A DNA stretch of 64,000 nt from the sequence record MK962750; one strand, 5' to 3'. The notes under the pieces are model-generated. The model was not told the DNA's origin, did no database searches, and worked only from the letters and a program-made list of their open reading frames with translations. This DNA is from Shigella phage CM8. Positions 35,178 to 47,444 of the stretch are shown in pieces. Positions within the stretch are counted from its first letter, which is position 1. Every line of letters starts with the position of its first letter. Made by a program: the position numbers and the translations under genes.

Positions 35178-35669
35178 ATGTTTGTAGATGATGTAACACG
35201 AGCGTTTGAATCTGGTGATTTTGCTCGACCTAACTTATTCCAAGTAGAAATTTCTTATCTTGGACAAAATTTTACATTCCAATGTAAAGCCACTGCTTTA
35301 CCAGCTGGTATTGTAGAAAAAATTCCAGTCGGATTTATGAACCGTAAAATTAACGTAGCAGGCGATCGTACATTCGATGACTGGACTGTTACAGTAATGA
35401 ACGATGAAGCTCATGATGCTCGCCAGAAGTTTGTTGATTGGCAAAGCATTGCTGCTGGTCAAGGAAACGAAATTACTGGTGGAAAACCTGCAGAGTATAA
35501 AAAGAGCGCTATTGTTCGTCAATATGCTCGTGATGCTAAAACAGTAACAAAAGAAATTGAAATTAAAGGTCTGTGGCCTACTAACGTGGGTGAACTTCAA
35601 TTAGATTGGGATTCAAACAATGAAATCCAAACCTTTGAAGTAACTCTTGCTCTCGATTATTGGGAATAA
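35178..35669 (+). CDS. 19: gp19 tail tube
   Basis: 163 aa; two TATAAATA motifs upstream. Confidence 0.95.
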   Translation: MFVDDVTRAFESGDFARPNLFQVEISYLGQNFTFQCKATALPAGIVEKIPVGFMNRKINVAGDRTFDDWTVTVMNDEAHDARQKFVDWQSIAAGQGNEITGGKPAEYKKSAIVRQYARDAKTVTKEIEIKGLWPTNVGELQLDWDSNNEIQTFEVTLALDYWE

Positions 35670-35701
35670 AATGAATGGGGAGAAATCCCCATCCTGCTTA
35701 A

Positions 35702-37326
<1,625 letters not shown>

Positions 37327-37327
<1 letters not shown>

Positions 37328-37575
37328 TGGAAGGTTTAATTGAAGCTATTAAATCAAACGACCTCGTAGCCGCTCGTAAATTATTTGCTGAAGCCATGGC
37401 TGCAAGAACGATTGATTTAATTAAAGAAGAAAAAATCGCTATCGCTCGTAATTTCTTAATCGAAGGTGAAGAACCTGATGACGAGGATGATGACGAAGAC
37501 GAAGATAGTGATGATAAAGACGACAAAAAAGACAAAGATTCTGATGAAGATGACGAAGACGAGGATGATGAATAA
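37327..37575 (+). CDS. 67: gp67 prohead core protein, acidic C-terminal tail
   Basis: 82 aa ending in a D/E-rich stretch ([19 protein letters not shown]...); position between 20 and 68. Confidence 0.85.
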
Positions 37576-38000
37576 TGCTTCTGATCCCTGAAACTCATGA
37601 ATTAGTTCTCGAGAATGTCGAAGCACTTATTCCTGAAGCACAGGGTCGCTTTGACGAATTGTCTTCTGCTTTAAATAAAGACGATATAAATACAATTGTC
37701 GAGAATATGCTTGATGATGAAACTGATTTAGCGGTTGCATTAGCTTCTATTAATGAAAATATGCCGCTAAATGAATTTATCGTTAAACATGTTTCCGCCC
37801 GTGGTGAAATTACTCGCACTAAAGACCGCAAAACGCGTGAACGTAATGCATTTCAAACCACTGGGTTGTCTAAAGCAAAACGTAGACAAATTGCTCGTAA
37901 AGCTACCAAAACGAAGATTGCCAATCCAGCAGGTCAATCTCGTGCTCAGCGTAAGCGTAAAAAAGCTCTTAAACGCCGTAAAGCATTAGGATTAAGCTAA
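37575..38000 (+). CDS. 68: gp68 prohead core protein
   Basis: 141 aa; synteny; overlapping start/stop. Confidence 0.85.
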
Positions 38001-38638
38001 TGAATGAACCCCAATTACTAATTGAAACTTGGGGTCAACCTGGCGAAATTATTGATGGCGTACCAATGCTTGAATCTCATGATGGAAAAGACTTAGGTTT
38101 AAAACCGGGTTTATACATCGAAGGAATATTCATGCAAGCGGAAGTCGTCAATAGAAATAAACGTCTTTATCCAAAACGTATATTAGAAAAAGCGGTAAAA
38201 GACTATATTAATGAGCAAGTTTTAACTAAACAAGCTCTCGGAGAATTAAATCATCCTCCACGCGCTAATGTTGACCCGATGCAAGCCGCTATCATTATAG
38301 AAGATATGTGGTGGAAAGGAAATGACGTATACGGACGAGCTCGTGTTATTGAAGGTGACCACGGTCCTGGAGATAAATTAGCAGCTAATATTCGTGCCGG
38401 ATGGATTCCAGGAGTTTCTTCTCGTGGATTAGGTTCATTGACTGACACAAATAAAGGTTATCGTATCGTAAACGAAGGATTCAAATTAACTGTAGGTGTT
38501 GATGCAGTATGGGGTCCAAGTGCTCCAGATGCATGGGTAACTCCTAAGGAAATTACCGAATCACAGACGGCGGAAGCCGATACAAGTGCCGATGACGCCT
38601 ATATGGCTCTCGCAGAGGCCATGAAAAAAGCGTTATAA
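38000..38638 (+). CDS. 21: gp21 prohead protease
   Basis: 212 aa; synteny 68-21-22-23. Confidence 0.92.
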   Translation: MNEPQLLIETWGQPGEIIDGVPMLESHDGKDLGLKPGLYIEGIFMQAEVVNRNKRLYPKRILEKAVKDYINEQVLTKQALGELNHPPRANVDPMQAAIIIEDMWWKGNDVYGRARVIEGDHGPGDKLAANIRAGWIPGVSSRGLGSLTDTNKGYRIVNEGFKLTVGVDAVWGPSAPDAWVTPKEITESQTAEADTSADDAYMALAEAMKKAL

Positions 38639-38668
38639 ATATTATTATCTAAACAACAGGACTACAAA

Positions 38669-39478
38669 ATGCTTAAAGAACAACTGATTGCTGAAGCGCA
38701 AAAAATTGATGCTTCCGTTGCTCTTGATAGTATTTTCGAATCAGTTAATATTTCTCCGGAAGCAAAAGAAACTTTCGGCACTGTATTCGAAGCTACCGTC
38801 AAGCAGCACGCCGTTAAATTAGCTGAATCTCATATCGCTAAAATTGCTGAAAAAGCAGAAGAAGAAGTAGAAAAAAATAAAGAAGAAGCAGAAGAAAAAG
38901 CTGAGAAGAAAATCGCTGAGCAAGCTTCTAAATTCCTTGACCATCTTGCAAAAGAATGGCTCACTGAAAATAAATTAGCAGTAGATAAAGGTATCAAAGC
39001 CGAACTGTTTGAATCCATGCTTGGTGGATTGAAAGAGCTCTTCGTTGAACACAACGTTGTTGTTCCAGAAGAATCAGTTGATGTTGTAGCTGAAATGGAA
39101 GAAGAGCTGCAAGAACATAAAGAAGAATCAGCTCGTCTGTTCGAAGAACTCAATAAGCGTGACGCATATATCAATTATGTGCAGCGTGAAGTGGCATTGA
39201 GCGAAAGTACTAAAGATCTGACTGAGTCTCAAAAAGAAAAAGTCTCTGCTCTGGTCGAAGGTATGGATTATTCAGATGAATTCTCAAGTAAATTGAGTGC
39301 CATCGTAGAAATGGTGAAGAAATCTAATAAAGATGAAAGCACTATTACTGAGAGTATAAATACTCCTGATACTGAAGCAGCCGGACTGAATTTCGTCACT
39401 GAAGCTGTAGAAGATAAATCTGCACAAGGTGCAGAAGATATTGTAAGTGTATATGCGAAAGTCGCATCTCGTTTCTAA
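38669..39478 (+). CDS. 22: gp22 prohead core scaffold
   Basis: 269 aa acidic coiled coil; the gene 23 late promoter lies inside its 3' end. Confidence 0.92.
   Translation: MLKEQLIAEAQKIDASVALDSIFESVNISPEAKETFGTVFEATVKQHAVKLAESHIAKIAEKAEEEVEKNKEEAEEKAEKKIAEQASKFLDHLAKEWLTENKLAVDKGIKAELFESMLGGLKELFVEHNVVVPEESVDVVAEMEEELQEHKEESARLFEELNKRDAYINYVQREVALSESTKDLTESQKEKVSALVEGMDYSDEFSSKLSAIVEMVKKSNKDESTITESINTPDTEAAGLNFVTEAVEDKSAQGAEDIVSVYAKVASRF
39355..39362 (+). promoter_or_regulatory. late promoter TATAAATA (gene 23), inside the 3' end of gene 22
   Basis: Consensus within gene 22 coding sequence, upstream of gene 23. Confidence 0.65.
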
Positions 39479-39496
39479 TTTTAAAGGTTAACACAA

Positions 39497-41062
39497 ATGA
39501 CTATCAAAACTAAAGCTGAACTTTTGAACAAATGGAAGCCATTACTGGAAGGTGAAGGTTTACCGGAAATTGCTAATAGCAAACAAGCGATTATCGCTAA
39601 AATCTTTGAAAACCAGGAAAAAGATTTCCAGACAGCTCCGGAATATAAAGACGAAAAAATTGCTCAGGCATTCGGTTCTTTCTTAACAGAAGCTGAAATC
39701 GGTGGTGACCACGGTTACAATGCTACCAACATCGCTGCTGGTCAGACTTCTGGCGCAGTAACTCAGATTGGCCCAGCTGTTATGGGTATGGTACGTCGTG
39801 CTATTCCTAACCTGATTGCTTTCGATATTTGCGGTGTTCAACCGATGAGCAGCCCAACCGGTCAGGTATTCGCACTCCGCGCGGTATATGGTAAAGATCC
39901 GATCGCTGCCGGTGCTAAAGAAGCATTCCACCCAATGTATGGTCCAGATGCAATGTTCTCTGGTCAGGGTGCTGCTAAGAAATTCCCAGCTCTGGCTGCT
40001 AGCACACAAACCGTTGTAGGTGATATCTATACTCACTTCTTCCAGGAAACTGGTACTGTGTATCTGCAAGCTTCCGCTGTAGTAACAATCGATGCTGGTG
40101 CGACTGATGCTGCTAAATTAGATGCTCAAATTAAGAAACAAATGGAAGCTGGTGCACTGGTAGAAATCGCTGAAGGTATGGCTACTTCTATCGCTGAACT
40201 CCAGGAAGGTTTCAACGGTTCTACCGATAACCCATGGAATGAAATGGGCTTCCGTATCGATAAACAAGTTATCGAAGCTAAATCTCGTCAGCTGAAAGCT
40301 GCTTACTCTATCGAATTAGCACAAGACCTCCGCGCTGTTCACGGTATGGATGCTGATGCTGAACTGTCTGGTATTCTGGCTACCGAAATTATGCTGGAAA
40401 TCAACCGCGAAGTTGTTGATTGGATTAACTACTCCGCTCAGGTTGGTAAATCTGGTATGACCCTGACTCCGGGTTCTAAAGCTGGTGTATTTGACTTCCA
40501 GGACCCAATCGATATTCGTGGTGCTCGCTGGGCAGGTGAATCCTTTAAAGCTCTGTTGTTCCAGATTGACAAAGAAGCAGTTGAAATTGCTCGTCAGACT
40601 GGTCGCGGCGAAGGTAACTTCATTATCGCTTCCCGTAACGTAGTTAACGTTCTGGCTTCAGTTGATACCGGCATTTCTTATGCTGCACAAGGTCTGGCTA
40701 CTGGCTTTAACACTGATACTACCAAGTCAGTATTTGCTGGTGTTCTGGGTGGTAAATACCGTGTATATATCGACCAGTATGCTAAACAGGATTATTTCAC
40801 CGTAGGTTATAAAGGTCCGAACGAAATGGATGCTGGTATTTACTATGCTCCATATGTAGCTCTGACTCCGCTGCGTGGTTCTGATCCGAAGAACTTCCAA
40901 CCGGTAATGGGATTCAAAACTCGTTACGGTATCGGTATCAACCCATTTGCAGAATCCGCTGCTCAGGCTCCGGCTTCTCGCATCCAGAGCGGTATGCCTT
41001 CTATTCTGAATAGCCTTGGTAAAAACGCTTACTTCCGCCGTGTATATGTTAAAGGTATCTAA
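39497..41062 (+). CDS. 23: gp23 major capsid protein
   Basis: 521 aa; N-terminus MTIKTKAELLNKWKPLLEGEG is the recalled T4 gp23 N-terminus. Confidence 0.97.
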   Translation: MTIKTKAELLNKWKPLLEGEGLPEIANSKQAIIAKIFENQEKDFQTAPEYKDEKIAQAFGSFLTEAEIGGDHGYNATNIAAGQTSGAVTQIGPAVMGMVRRAIPNLIAFDICGVQPMSSPTGQVFALRAVYGKDPIAAGAKEAFHPMYGPDAMFSGQGAAKKFPALAASTQTVVGDIYTHFFQETGTVYLQASAVVTIDAGATDAAKLDAQIKKQMEAGALVEIAEGMATSIAELQEGFNGSTDNPWNEMGFRIDKQVIEAKSRQLKAAYSIELAQDLRAVHGMDADAELSGILATEIMLEINREVVDWINYSAQVGKSGMTLTPGSKAGVFDFQDPIDIRGARWAGESFKALLFQIDKEAVEIARQTGRGEGNFIIASRNVVNVLASVDTGISYAAQGLATGFNTDTTKSVFAGVLGGKYRVYIDQYAKQDYFTVGYKGPNEMDAGIYYAPYVALTPLRGSDPKNFQPVMGFKTRYGIGINPFAESAAQAPASRIQSGMPSILNSLGKNAYFRRVYVKGI

Positions 41063-41076
41063 TCTTTGACGATTTA

Positions 41077-41094
41077 AGGGACCTTCGGGTCCCT
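41077..41094 (+). terminator. hairpin terminator after gene 23
   Basis: agggacc-ttcg-ggtccct followed by T-rich run. Confidence 0.75.
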
Positions 41095-41110
41095 TTAGTT
41101 GTTTTTATGG

Positions 41111-41118
41111 TATAAATA
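41111..41118 (+). promoter_or_regulatory. late promoter TATAAATA (gene 24)
   Basis: Consensus after gp23 terminator. Confidence 0.7.
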
Positions 41119-41145
41119 AATCATATAAACTGAAAGGAAAGCGCA

Positions 41146-42429
41146 ATGGCTAAAATCAACGAACTTCTGCGCGAATCAACCACAACGAATAGCAACTCAA
41201 TCGGTCGCCCAAATCTCGTTGCTTTGACTCGCGCTACCACTAAATTAATATATTCTGACATTGTAGCAACGCAAAGAACTAATCAACCTGTTGCTGCTTT
41301 TTATGGTATCAAATACCTTAACCCAGACAATGAATTTACATTTAAAACTGGTGCTACTTACGCTGGCGAAGCCGGATATGTAGACCGAGAACAAATCACA
41401 GAATTAACAGAAGAGTCTAAATTAACTCTCAATAAAGGCGATTTATTCAAATATAATAATATCGTTTATAAAGTATTAGAAGATACACCATTTGCTGATA
41501 TTGAAGAAAGCGATTTAGAATTAGCTCTTCAGATTGCAATCGTTCTTTTAAAGGTTCGTCTATTTTCTGATGCTGCAGTAACAAGCAAATTTGAAAACTC
41601 TGATAGCGAAATTGCGGATGCTAGATTCCAGATTAATAAATGGCAAACCGCAGTTAAATCTCGTAAACTTAAAACTGGTATCACAGTTGAATTAGCACAA
41701 GATTTAGAAGCAAATGGATTCGATGCTCCTAATTTCTTGGAAGATTTGCTTGCAACTGAAATGGCAGATGAAATCAATAAAGATATTCTGCAGTCTTTGA
41801 TTACAGTGTCAAAACGCTATAAAGTTACAGGAATTACTGATACTGGATTCATCGATTTGAGTTATGCATCTGCACCTGAAGCTGGTCGTTCATTATACCG
41901 AATGGTATGTGAAATGGTTTCGCATATCCAAAAAGAATCAACTTATACAGCAACGTTCTGTGTTGCTTCAGCTCGTGCTGCTGCGATTCTTGCTGCATCA
42001 GGTTGGTTAAAACATAAACCAGAAGATGATAAATATCTTTCACAAAATGCCTACGGGTTCTTAGCTAATGGTTTACCGCTTTATTGCGATACTAACAGCC
42101 CATTAGATTATGTAATCGTTGGCGTAGTAGAAAATATCGGTGAAAAAGAAATTGTTGGATCAATTTTCTATGCTCCGTATACAGAAGGTCTTGACTTGGA
42201 TGACCCTGAACATGTAGGTGCATTTAAAGTTGTTGTTGATCCAGAAAGCTTACAACCGTCTATCGGTTTATTAGTTAGATATGCTTTATCAGCAAATCCT
42301 TATACCGTAGCAAAAGATGAAAAAGAAGCAAGAATAATTGACGGTGGAGACATGGATAAAATGGCGGGTCGTTCAGATTTGTCTGTTTTATTAGGTGTTA
42401 AATTACCAAAAATTATTATTGATGAATAA
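41146..42429 (+). CDS. 24: gp24 capsid vertex protein
   Basis: 427 aa gp23 paralog; TATAAATA upstream; hairpin terminator downstream. Confidence 0.95.
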   Translation: MAKINELLRESTTTNSNSIGRPNLVALTRATTKLIYSDIVATQRTNQPVAAFYGIKYLNPDNEFTFKTGATYAGEAGYVDREQITELTEESKLTLNKGDLFKYNNIVYKVLEDTPFADIEESDLELALQIAIVLLKVRLFSDAAVTSKFENSDSEIADARFQINKWQTAVKSRKLKTGITVELAQDLEANGFDAPNFLEDLLATEMADEINKDILQSLITVSKRYKVTGITDTGFIDLSYASAPEAGRSLYRMVCEMVSHIQKESTYTATFCVASARAAAILAASGWLKHKPEDDKYLSQNAYGFLANGLPLYCDTNSPLDYVIVGVVENIGEKEIVGSIFYAPYTEGLDLDDPEHVGAFKVVVDPESLQPSIGLLVRYALSANPYTVAKDEKEARIIDGGDMDKMAGRSDLSVLLGVKLPKIIIDE

Positions 42430-42433
42430 AACA

Positions 42434-42453
42434 AAGGGACCTTTCGGTCCCTT
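42434..42453. terminator. bidirectional hairpin terminator between convergent genes 24 and rnlB
   Basis: aagggacc-tttc-ggtccctt with T-runs on both sides. Confidence 0.7.
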
Positions 42454-42458
42454 TTTAT

Positions 42459-43463
42459 TTAGCTCACCAACTCAATCCAAGCTGGACGAAGTACATCTTG
42501 TACCATTTTAACTAATTCCTTTTTAATCAAAGAAGGATTATCGGCTTGAGTTAAAGTAATACCTTCACGAGAAGTTTCTTCCAAAATATCTTGAACAGTT
42601 AGCCCCATCACCTTTCCAAAATCTTTAGGACCAATTTCGCCAATTTTAGAAATAACGTTATTTACTCGGTTCAGTGTAACGTAACAAGCTAAAATTCCCA
42701 CCAATTTGTTATCAGCTTCTGATAGTTCAACTTTAGCTTTAATAGGCTTATCAGACTTTTTCTTTTCACTAAATTTGGAATTCTTGCATTTAATTGCTAC
42801 ACGATTTCCATTACGAAGCCAAGAAGGATAACAAGGTTTCAATACATATCCTTCAGCGGTAAATACTTCGCCTTTTGCTTCGGCATTCCAAACACATTTA
42901 TTTGCATCAACTAATCCAGCATGGTCTACTGTAAAATTATAATCTTGGACGACAGAATCTAAATCATTTGGCAATTTAATAAGCTCTTCAAATTTACCGC
43001 GACCTAAAAGTGGAGCCATTTTAAATTTAAATGTATTGCAGAATGATTCCATCATATAATCATCGACATAAGTCACATCACCACTTTCTGTAGTAACAAT
43101 AATGTCAAATACATAAAAATCTTTATCGCCATAATCGACATTCTTCTGAATGCCAGGTCCAGCGAATTCGCCAAAAACTTGATAAGATACAACCGCTGAA
43201 GTTTCCATAATATCTTGTACTGCTTTAATGGAATCAGAGTAATTCTTCAAAATAATTTCATACCCAAAGAAATCTTCAGCAGGAAGAATAGGACCAGTGC
43301 GTTTAGCGCAAGTTACTTTATCACGCTCAATAATCAATGAGAAATTTGTGCCGTGAATCTTTTCACGAGCTACCCACTCCCCACCAGTCAATCCCAAGCT
43401 ATAAAGTTTTTCAATAAATTTAGAGTTGTAATGATTTTCAAGACTGCTATACTTTTTAAACAT
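42459..43463 (-). CDS. rnlB: RNA ligase 2 (Rnl2)
   Basis: 334 aa; N-terminus [14 protein letters not shown] and nucleotidyltransferase lysine motif EKIHGTNF; convergent with gene 24. Confidence 0.92.
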   Translation of the reverse strand: MFKKYSSLENHYNSKFIEKLYSLGLTGGEWVAREKIHGTNFSLIIERDKVTCAKRTGPILPAEDFFGYEIILKNYSDSIKAVQDIMETSAVVSYQVFGEFAGPGIQKNVDYGDKDFYVFDIIVTTESGDVTYVDDYMMESFCNTFKFKMAPLLGRGKFEELIKLPNDLDSVVQDYNFTVDHAGLVDANKCVWNAEAKGEVFTAEGYVLKPCYPSWLRNGNRVAIKCKNSKFSEKKKSDKPIKAKVELSEADNKLVGILACYVTLNRVNNVISKIGEIGPKDFGKVMGLTVQDILEETSREGITLTQADNPSLIKKELVKMVQDVLRPAWIELVS

Positions 43464-43472
43464 AATTAATCC

Positions 43473-43751
43473 TCAAAATGTAATTTCTAACCAATCACCA
43501 TCACGCTGATCACTATTGACTTTAAAGCTGAATCCTTCTTTTCTCAGCCAATCACCAATTTCTTCAGTAATCAATTTATCACGAGCAATACAATAATAAC
43601 TAAAATGTGTTTTACCTTGTTCAGCTGCTTTATTAGCAAGTTCCGAAAAATCTTTAATAAAACATTCTAGTTTAAACTGTTTACTTTTAAGTGCTTTTTC
43701 TCGCAATTGATTAGCAAAAGATTCATTTTCATAAAGATCATACTGTTCCAT
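43473..43751 (-). CDS. 24.2: gp24.2-like hypothetical protein
   Basis: 92 aa; position between rnlB and hoc. Confidence 0.6.
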   Translation of the reverse strand: MEQYDLYENESFANQLREKALKSKQFKLECFIKDFSELANKAAEQGKTHFSYYCIARDKLITEEIGDWLRKEGFSFKVNSDQRDGDWLEITF

Positions 43752-43953
43752 TTTTCACCTTTTTATTGATATGTCTTTTTCTATAGACGACTTTTTCTCG
43801 AGTTTCAAATTTATTCTTAGCAGTCATAGCTCGAGCCCATAATACAGCCACTTCTTTTGCCTGTAAGTTTAATTCACGAGCAATTTCAATGAATGACTTT
43901 CCAGACTCATGAAGCGTAAACACCACAACCTCAGTTCTCATAATTAATCTCAT
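43738..43953 (-). CDS. 24.3: gp24.3-like hypothetical protein
   Basis: 71 aa; position; overlaps the 24.2 start. Confidence 0.55.
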   Translation of the reverse strand: MRLIMRTEVVVFTLHESGKSFIEIARELNLQAKEVAVLWARAMTAKNKFETREKVVYRKRHINKKVKNGTV

Positions 43954-44022
43954 GTTATCGAGTTGGTGCCATTATATACATCATTTTCTGATTGTGTTTT
44001 GCGTGCTTTCAAAATGAAGAAA

Positions 44023-44041
44023 GGGGCCGAAGCCCCTTATG
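44023..44041 (-). terminator. hairpin terminator downstream of hoc
   Basis: Same 19-bp hairpin as at 1087-1107. Confidence 0.6.
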
Positions 44042-44042
44042 A

Positions 44043-45167
44043 TTATGGATAGGTATAGATGATACCAGTTTCTAAAGCAGTTTTATGAATGATGTATCCA
44101 TTGCGTGATTCTTGAACATCAACTTCTGGATAGTCTTTCATCATCTTCTGAAGAGTGTAACGATGCAGGTAGTATTTACTGTCTGGATCTTCAGTTTTCC
44201 AATCTTTACCTTCTTCGGTCATTTTTTGGATTTCATCCATAACCCACCAACCGCACCAGATATAAGCTGAAGTACGATGTGGAAGAGGATGAACATAAGG
44301 CAATTCACCTTCTGGCTCTGGAGCAACTTTATCAGTCACTTGAACTTGACCTTCTGCTGTAATAGTTTTACTATCATAGTCAGTAGCAGTAACAGTTGCA
44401 GTAACTTCAATAGTTTGACTTCCAATAGATGAGGTATCAACGGTATATACATTAGTTGACCCTTCTACAGGAGAAGAATCTTTCTTCCATGAATACTCAA
44501 TTTGCGCTTCTTCTGGTGCATCAGTGACATTAGCAGTAAATGTGGCCGAAGCATCTTGCTGAACATTAATAGAAGGAGGAGTCAATGTAACCTGTGGATT
44601 CATTGACTTCTTATTAACAGTCAGTGATACTTCATTAGAAGTAACTTCTTTTGCATCATAATCTGTCGCGGTTACTTGAGCCACACACTTAATTGTTTTA
44701 ACTCCGCTTGTGGTAGGAGTGTAATTGAATGTAGCAGAAGTTGCTTCGCCCACAGGAGAACCGTCAACGTGCCATTGATACGTAGCAGATGCACCTGGTG
44801 GCTGCGAAGCTAAGGCAGCGGTAAATTCAACAGCTGTTCCAATCACTCCAGCAGCAGGACTATCAGGAGTTACTGCCAAGGTAGTTGTCTGTGTCTTATT
44901 TTGAACTGTGATAGTTGTAGTAGCTTCTGCTGTTTCAGCTTCTGGAACTGTATTTGTTGCAACTACTTTAATAGTCTTTTGACCGGCAGGTCCTTTTAAT
45001 ACATAATTAAAAGTTGCTTCAGCTCCATCTTGTGGAAAATCATCTACAGTCCAAGCATAGGTAATAGTTCCACCTCCAGTTTCACCACTGGGTGTAGCAG
45101 TAAACTGCTTAGTTTCATCAATAACCCCTGTCGGTGTTTTAGGAGTTATATCAACTGTAAAAGCCAT
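44043..45167 (-). CDS. hoc: Hoc highly immunogenic outer capsid protein (Ig-like domains)
   Basis: 374 aa with repeated Ig-like segments (TATVTATDYD... twice); C-terminal capsid-binding region; synteny. Confidence 0.9.
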   Translation of the reverse strand: MAFTVDITPKTPTGVIDETKQFTATPSGETGGGTITYAWTVDDFPQDGAEATFNYVLKGPAGQKTIKVVATNTVPEAETAEATTTITVQNKTQTTTLAVTPDSPAAGVIGTAVEFTAALASQPPGASATYQWHVDGSPVGEATSATFNYTPTTSGVKTIKCVAQVTATDYDAKEVTSNEVSLTVNKKSMNPQVTLTPPSINVQQDASATFTANVTDAPEEAQIEYSWKKDSSPVEGSTNVYTVDTSSIGSQTIEVTATVTATDYDSKTITAEGQVQVTDKVAPEPEGELPYVHPLPHRTSAYIWCGWWVMDEIQKMTEEGKDWKTEDPDSKYYLHRYTLQKMMKDYPEVDVQESRNGYIIHKTALETGIIYTYP

Positions 45168-45176
45168 AAGTTATCC

Positions 45177-45857
45177 TTATTTTAATGTTACGAAAGAAGA
45201 ATTGCGTGTTTCACGAATTAAAACTGATCCGTCACGGTTAATGTAATAAATTAAGCTAAATAAAGTTTGGTGTGCTGACGCGTGTTCAAAACTAGTTGGG
45301 TGAGATTTCCAATCAGGAGTTTCAGCAATCCATTGATAAATCCACCAAGGAACGGTACAAAATCCTGGATTTTTTCCAATCAGCTGAAGATTCGGGCTAA
45401 AGTTTTCCGGAAGAGTAAATACAGACGGCTTTTCAGATTCAATAATCTCAGCTACAGCCTGTTCGAATTTTTCTTCAACAAAAGGAGTGTCTTCAATCAA
45501 AACATCGGTATTTTCAGGAATTTTATCCGTTTCTACTACTTCAATTTTAATGTCAGATTTAACCGGAGAATCAATCAGAAGTGCTGCTTCTGGATTGACT
45601 TCTTCATCGTCATATTTTAATCCCTCTGCAGCATCAGCAGCATCAATTAAGTCTTTAATAGATAACCCATCAGTCTCTGGCATAGGTTCACTAGCGAGCT
45701 TCTGGAGGGCTTCTTCAATATCAACAACGATATTATCAAAAGATTTATTCTTTTTGACCTTTATACCAAACTGTTCAGCATATTCAGCTAATTTAGCTTT
45801 AGCTTCTTTATTATCATCAAGAGCCTTCAGCTCTGCAATATAATCTTTATCTATCAT
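45177..45857 (-). CDS. inh: Inh inhibitor of prohead protease
   Basis: 226 aa; position next to hoc. Confidence 0.8.
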   Translation of the reverse strand: MIDKDYIAELKALDDNKEAKAKLAEYAEQFGIKVKKNKSFDNIVVDIEEALQKLASEPMPETDGLSIKDLIDAADAAEGLKYDDEEVNPEAALLIDSPVKSDIKIEVVETDKIPENTDVLIEDTPFVEEKFEQAVAEIIESEKPSVFTLPENFSPNLQLIGKNPGFCTVPWWIYQWIAETPDWKSHPTSFEHASAHQTLFSLIYYINRDGSVLIRETRNSSFVTLK

Positions 45858-45870
45858 AATATTTCCTCAG

Positions 45871-45878
45871 TATAAATA
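45871..45878 (+). promoter_or_regulatory. late promoter TATAAATA (uvsW)
   Basis: Consensus about 30 nt before uvsW. Confidence 0.65.
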
Positions 45879-45907
45879 TAGATATATTTATTACATGGTA
45901 TTTAGAC

Positions 45908-47419
45908 ATGACTGACATTAAAGTACATTTTTATGATTTTAGTCACGTGAGAATTGATTGTGAAGAAAGTACATTTCATGAACTCCGTGATTTCTTTAGC
46001 TTTGAAGCTGATGGGTATCGTTTTAATCCGAAATACAAATATGGCCACTGGGATGGACGAATCCGTCTTTTAGATTATAATCGCCTTCTTCCATTCGGCT
46101 TAGTCGGGCAAATTAAAAAGTTCTGTGATAACTTTGGCTATAAAGCCTGGATTGACCCACAAATTAACGAAAAAGAAGAATTATCAAGAAAAGATTTTGA
46201 TGAATGGCTTTCTAAATTAGAAATCTATTCAGGAAATAAAAGAATTGAACCACACTGGTATCAAAAAGATGCAGTGTTCGAAGGATTAGTTAATCGTCGT
46301 AGAATTCTTAATCTTCCAACATCCGCTGGTAAATCGTTAATTCAAGCTTTGCTTGCGCGATATTATTTGGAAAATTATGAAGGTAAAATTCTTATCATTG
46401 TTCCAACAACTGCTCTGACAACTCAGATGGCTGATGACTTTGTTGATTATCGTTTATTCAGTCATGCAATGATAAAGAAAATTGGTGGCGGAGCATCAAA
46501 AGATGATAAATATAAAAATGATGCACCAGTCGTTGTTGGTACATGGCAAACTGTAGTAAAACAACCGAAAGAATGGTTCTCACAGTTTGGAATGATGATG
46601 AATGATGAATGCCATCTTGCTACAGGAAAAAGTATTTCATCTATCATATCAGGTTTAAATAACTGCATGTTCAAATTTGGTCTATCTGGTTCATTACGTG
46701 ATGGCAAAGCCAATATCATGCAGTATGTTGGAATGTTTGGTGAAATATTTAAGCCAGTAACGACTTCTAAGTTAATGGAAGATGGACAAGTAACTGAGCT
46801 AAAAATTAATAGTATTTTTCTTCGCTATCCCGATGAGTTCACTACTAAATTAAAGGGAAAAACTTATCAAGAAGAAATAAAAATTATTACTGGGCTTAGT
46901 AAAAGAAATAAATGGATCGCTAAATTGGCTATTAAGCTTGCACAAAAAGATGAAAACGCTTTTGTCATGTTTAAACATGTATCACATGGTAAAGCTATTT
47001 TCGATTTAATTAAAAATGAATACGATAAAGTTTATTACGTATCAGGGGAAGTTGATACCGAAACCCGCAATATAATGAAAACCTTAGCTGAAAATGGTAA
47101 AGGAATAATTATAGTAGCTAGTTATGGTGTATTTTCTACTGGTATTTCAGTTAAAAATCTGCATCACGTTGTTTTAGCGCACGGTGTTAAATCAAAAATC
47201 ATTGTATTACAAACAATCGGTCGTGTATTACGTAAGCATGGTTCTAAGACAATAGCAACCGTCTGGGACCTCATAGATGATTGTGGCGTTAAGCCAAAAT
47301 CTGCTAATACGAAAAAGAAATATGTTCATTTGAACTATCTTTTAAAACACGGCATTGATCGTATTCAGCGCTACGCAGATGAAAAATTTAATTACGTAAT
47401 GAAAACAGTTAATTTATAA
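45908..47419 (+). CDS. uvsW: UvsW DNA/RNA helicase
   Basis: 503 aa; Walker A PTSAGKS and DECH box (MMMNDECHLATGKS). Confidence 0.95.
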   Translation: MTDIKVHFYDFSHVRIDCEESTFHELRDFFSFEADGYRFNPKYKYGHWDGRIRLLDYNRLLPFGLVGQIKKFCDNFGYKAWIDPQINEKEELSRKDFDEWLSKLEIYSGNKRIEPHWYQKDAVFEGLVNRRRILNLPTSAGKSLIQALLARYYLENYEGKILIIVPTTALTTQMADDFVDYRLFSHAMIKKIGGGASKDDKYKNDAPVVVGTWQTVVKQPKEWFSQFGMMMNDECHLATGKSISSIISGLNNCMFKFGLSGSLRDGKANIMQYVGMFGEIFKPVTTSKLMEDGQVTELKINSIFLRYPDEFTTKLKGKTYQEEIKIITGLSKRNKWIAKLAIKLAQKDENAFVMFKHVSHGKAIFDLIKNEYDKVYYVSGEVDTETRNIMKTLAENGKGIIIVASYGVFSTGISVKNLHHVVLAHGVKSKIIVLQTIGRVLRKHGSKTIATVWDLIDDCGVKPKSANTKKKYVHLNYLLKHGIDRIQRYADEKFNYVMKTVNL

Positions 47420-47432
47420 GGGCTTCGGCCCT
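47419..47432 (+). terminator. hairpin overlapping the uvsW stop, before uvsW.1
   Basis: agggc-ttcg-gccct; short stem, possible attenuator rather than full terminator. Confidence 0.4.
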
Positions 47433-47444
47433 TTGGAGAAAAAG

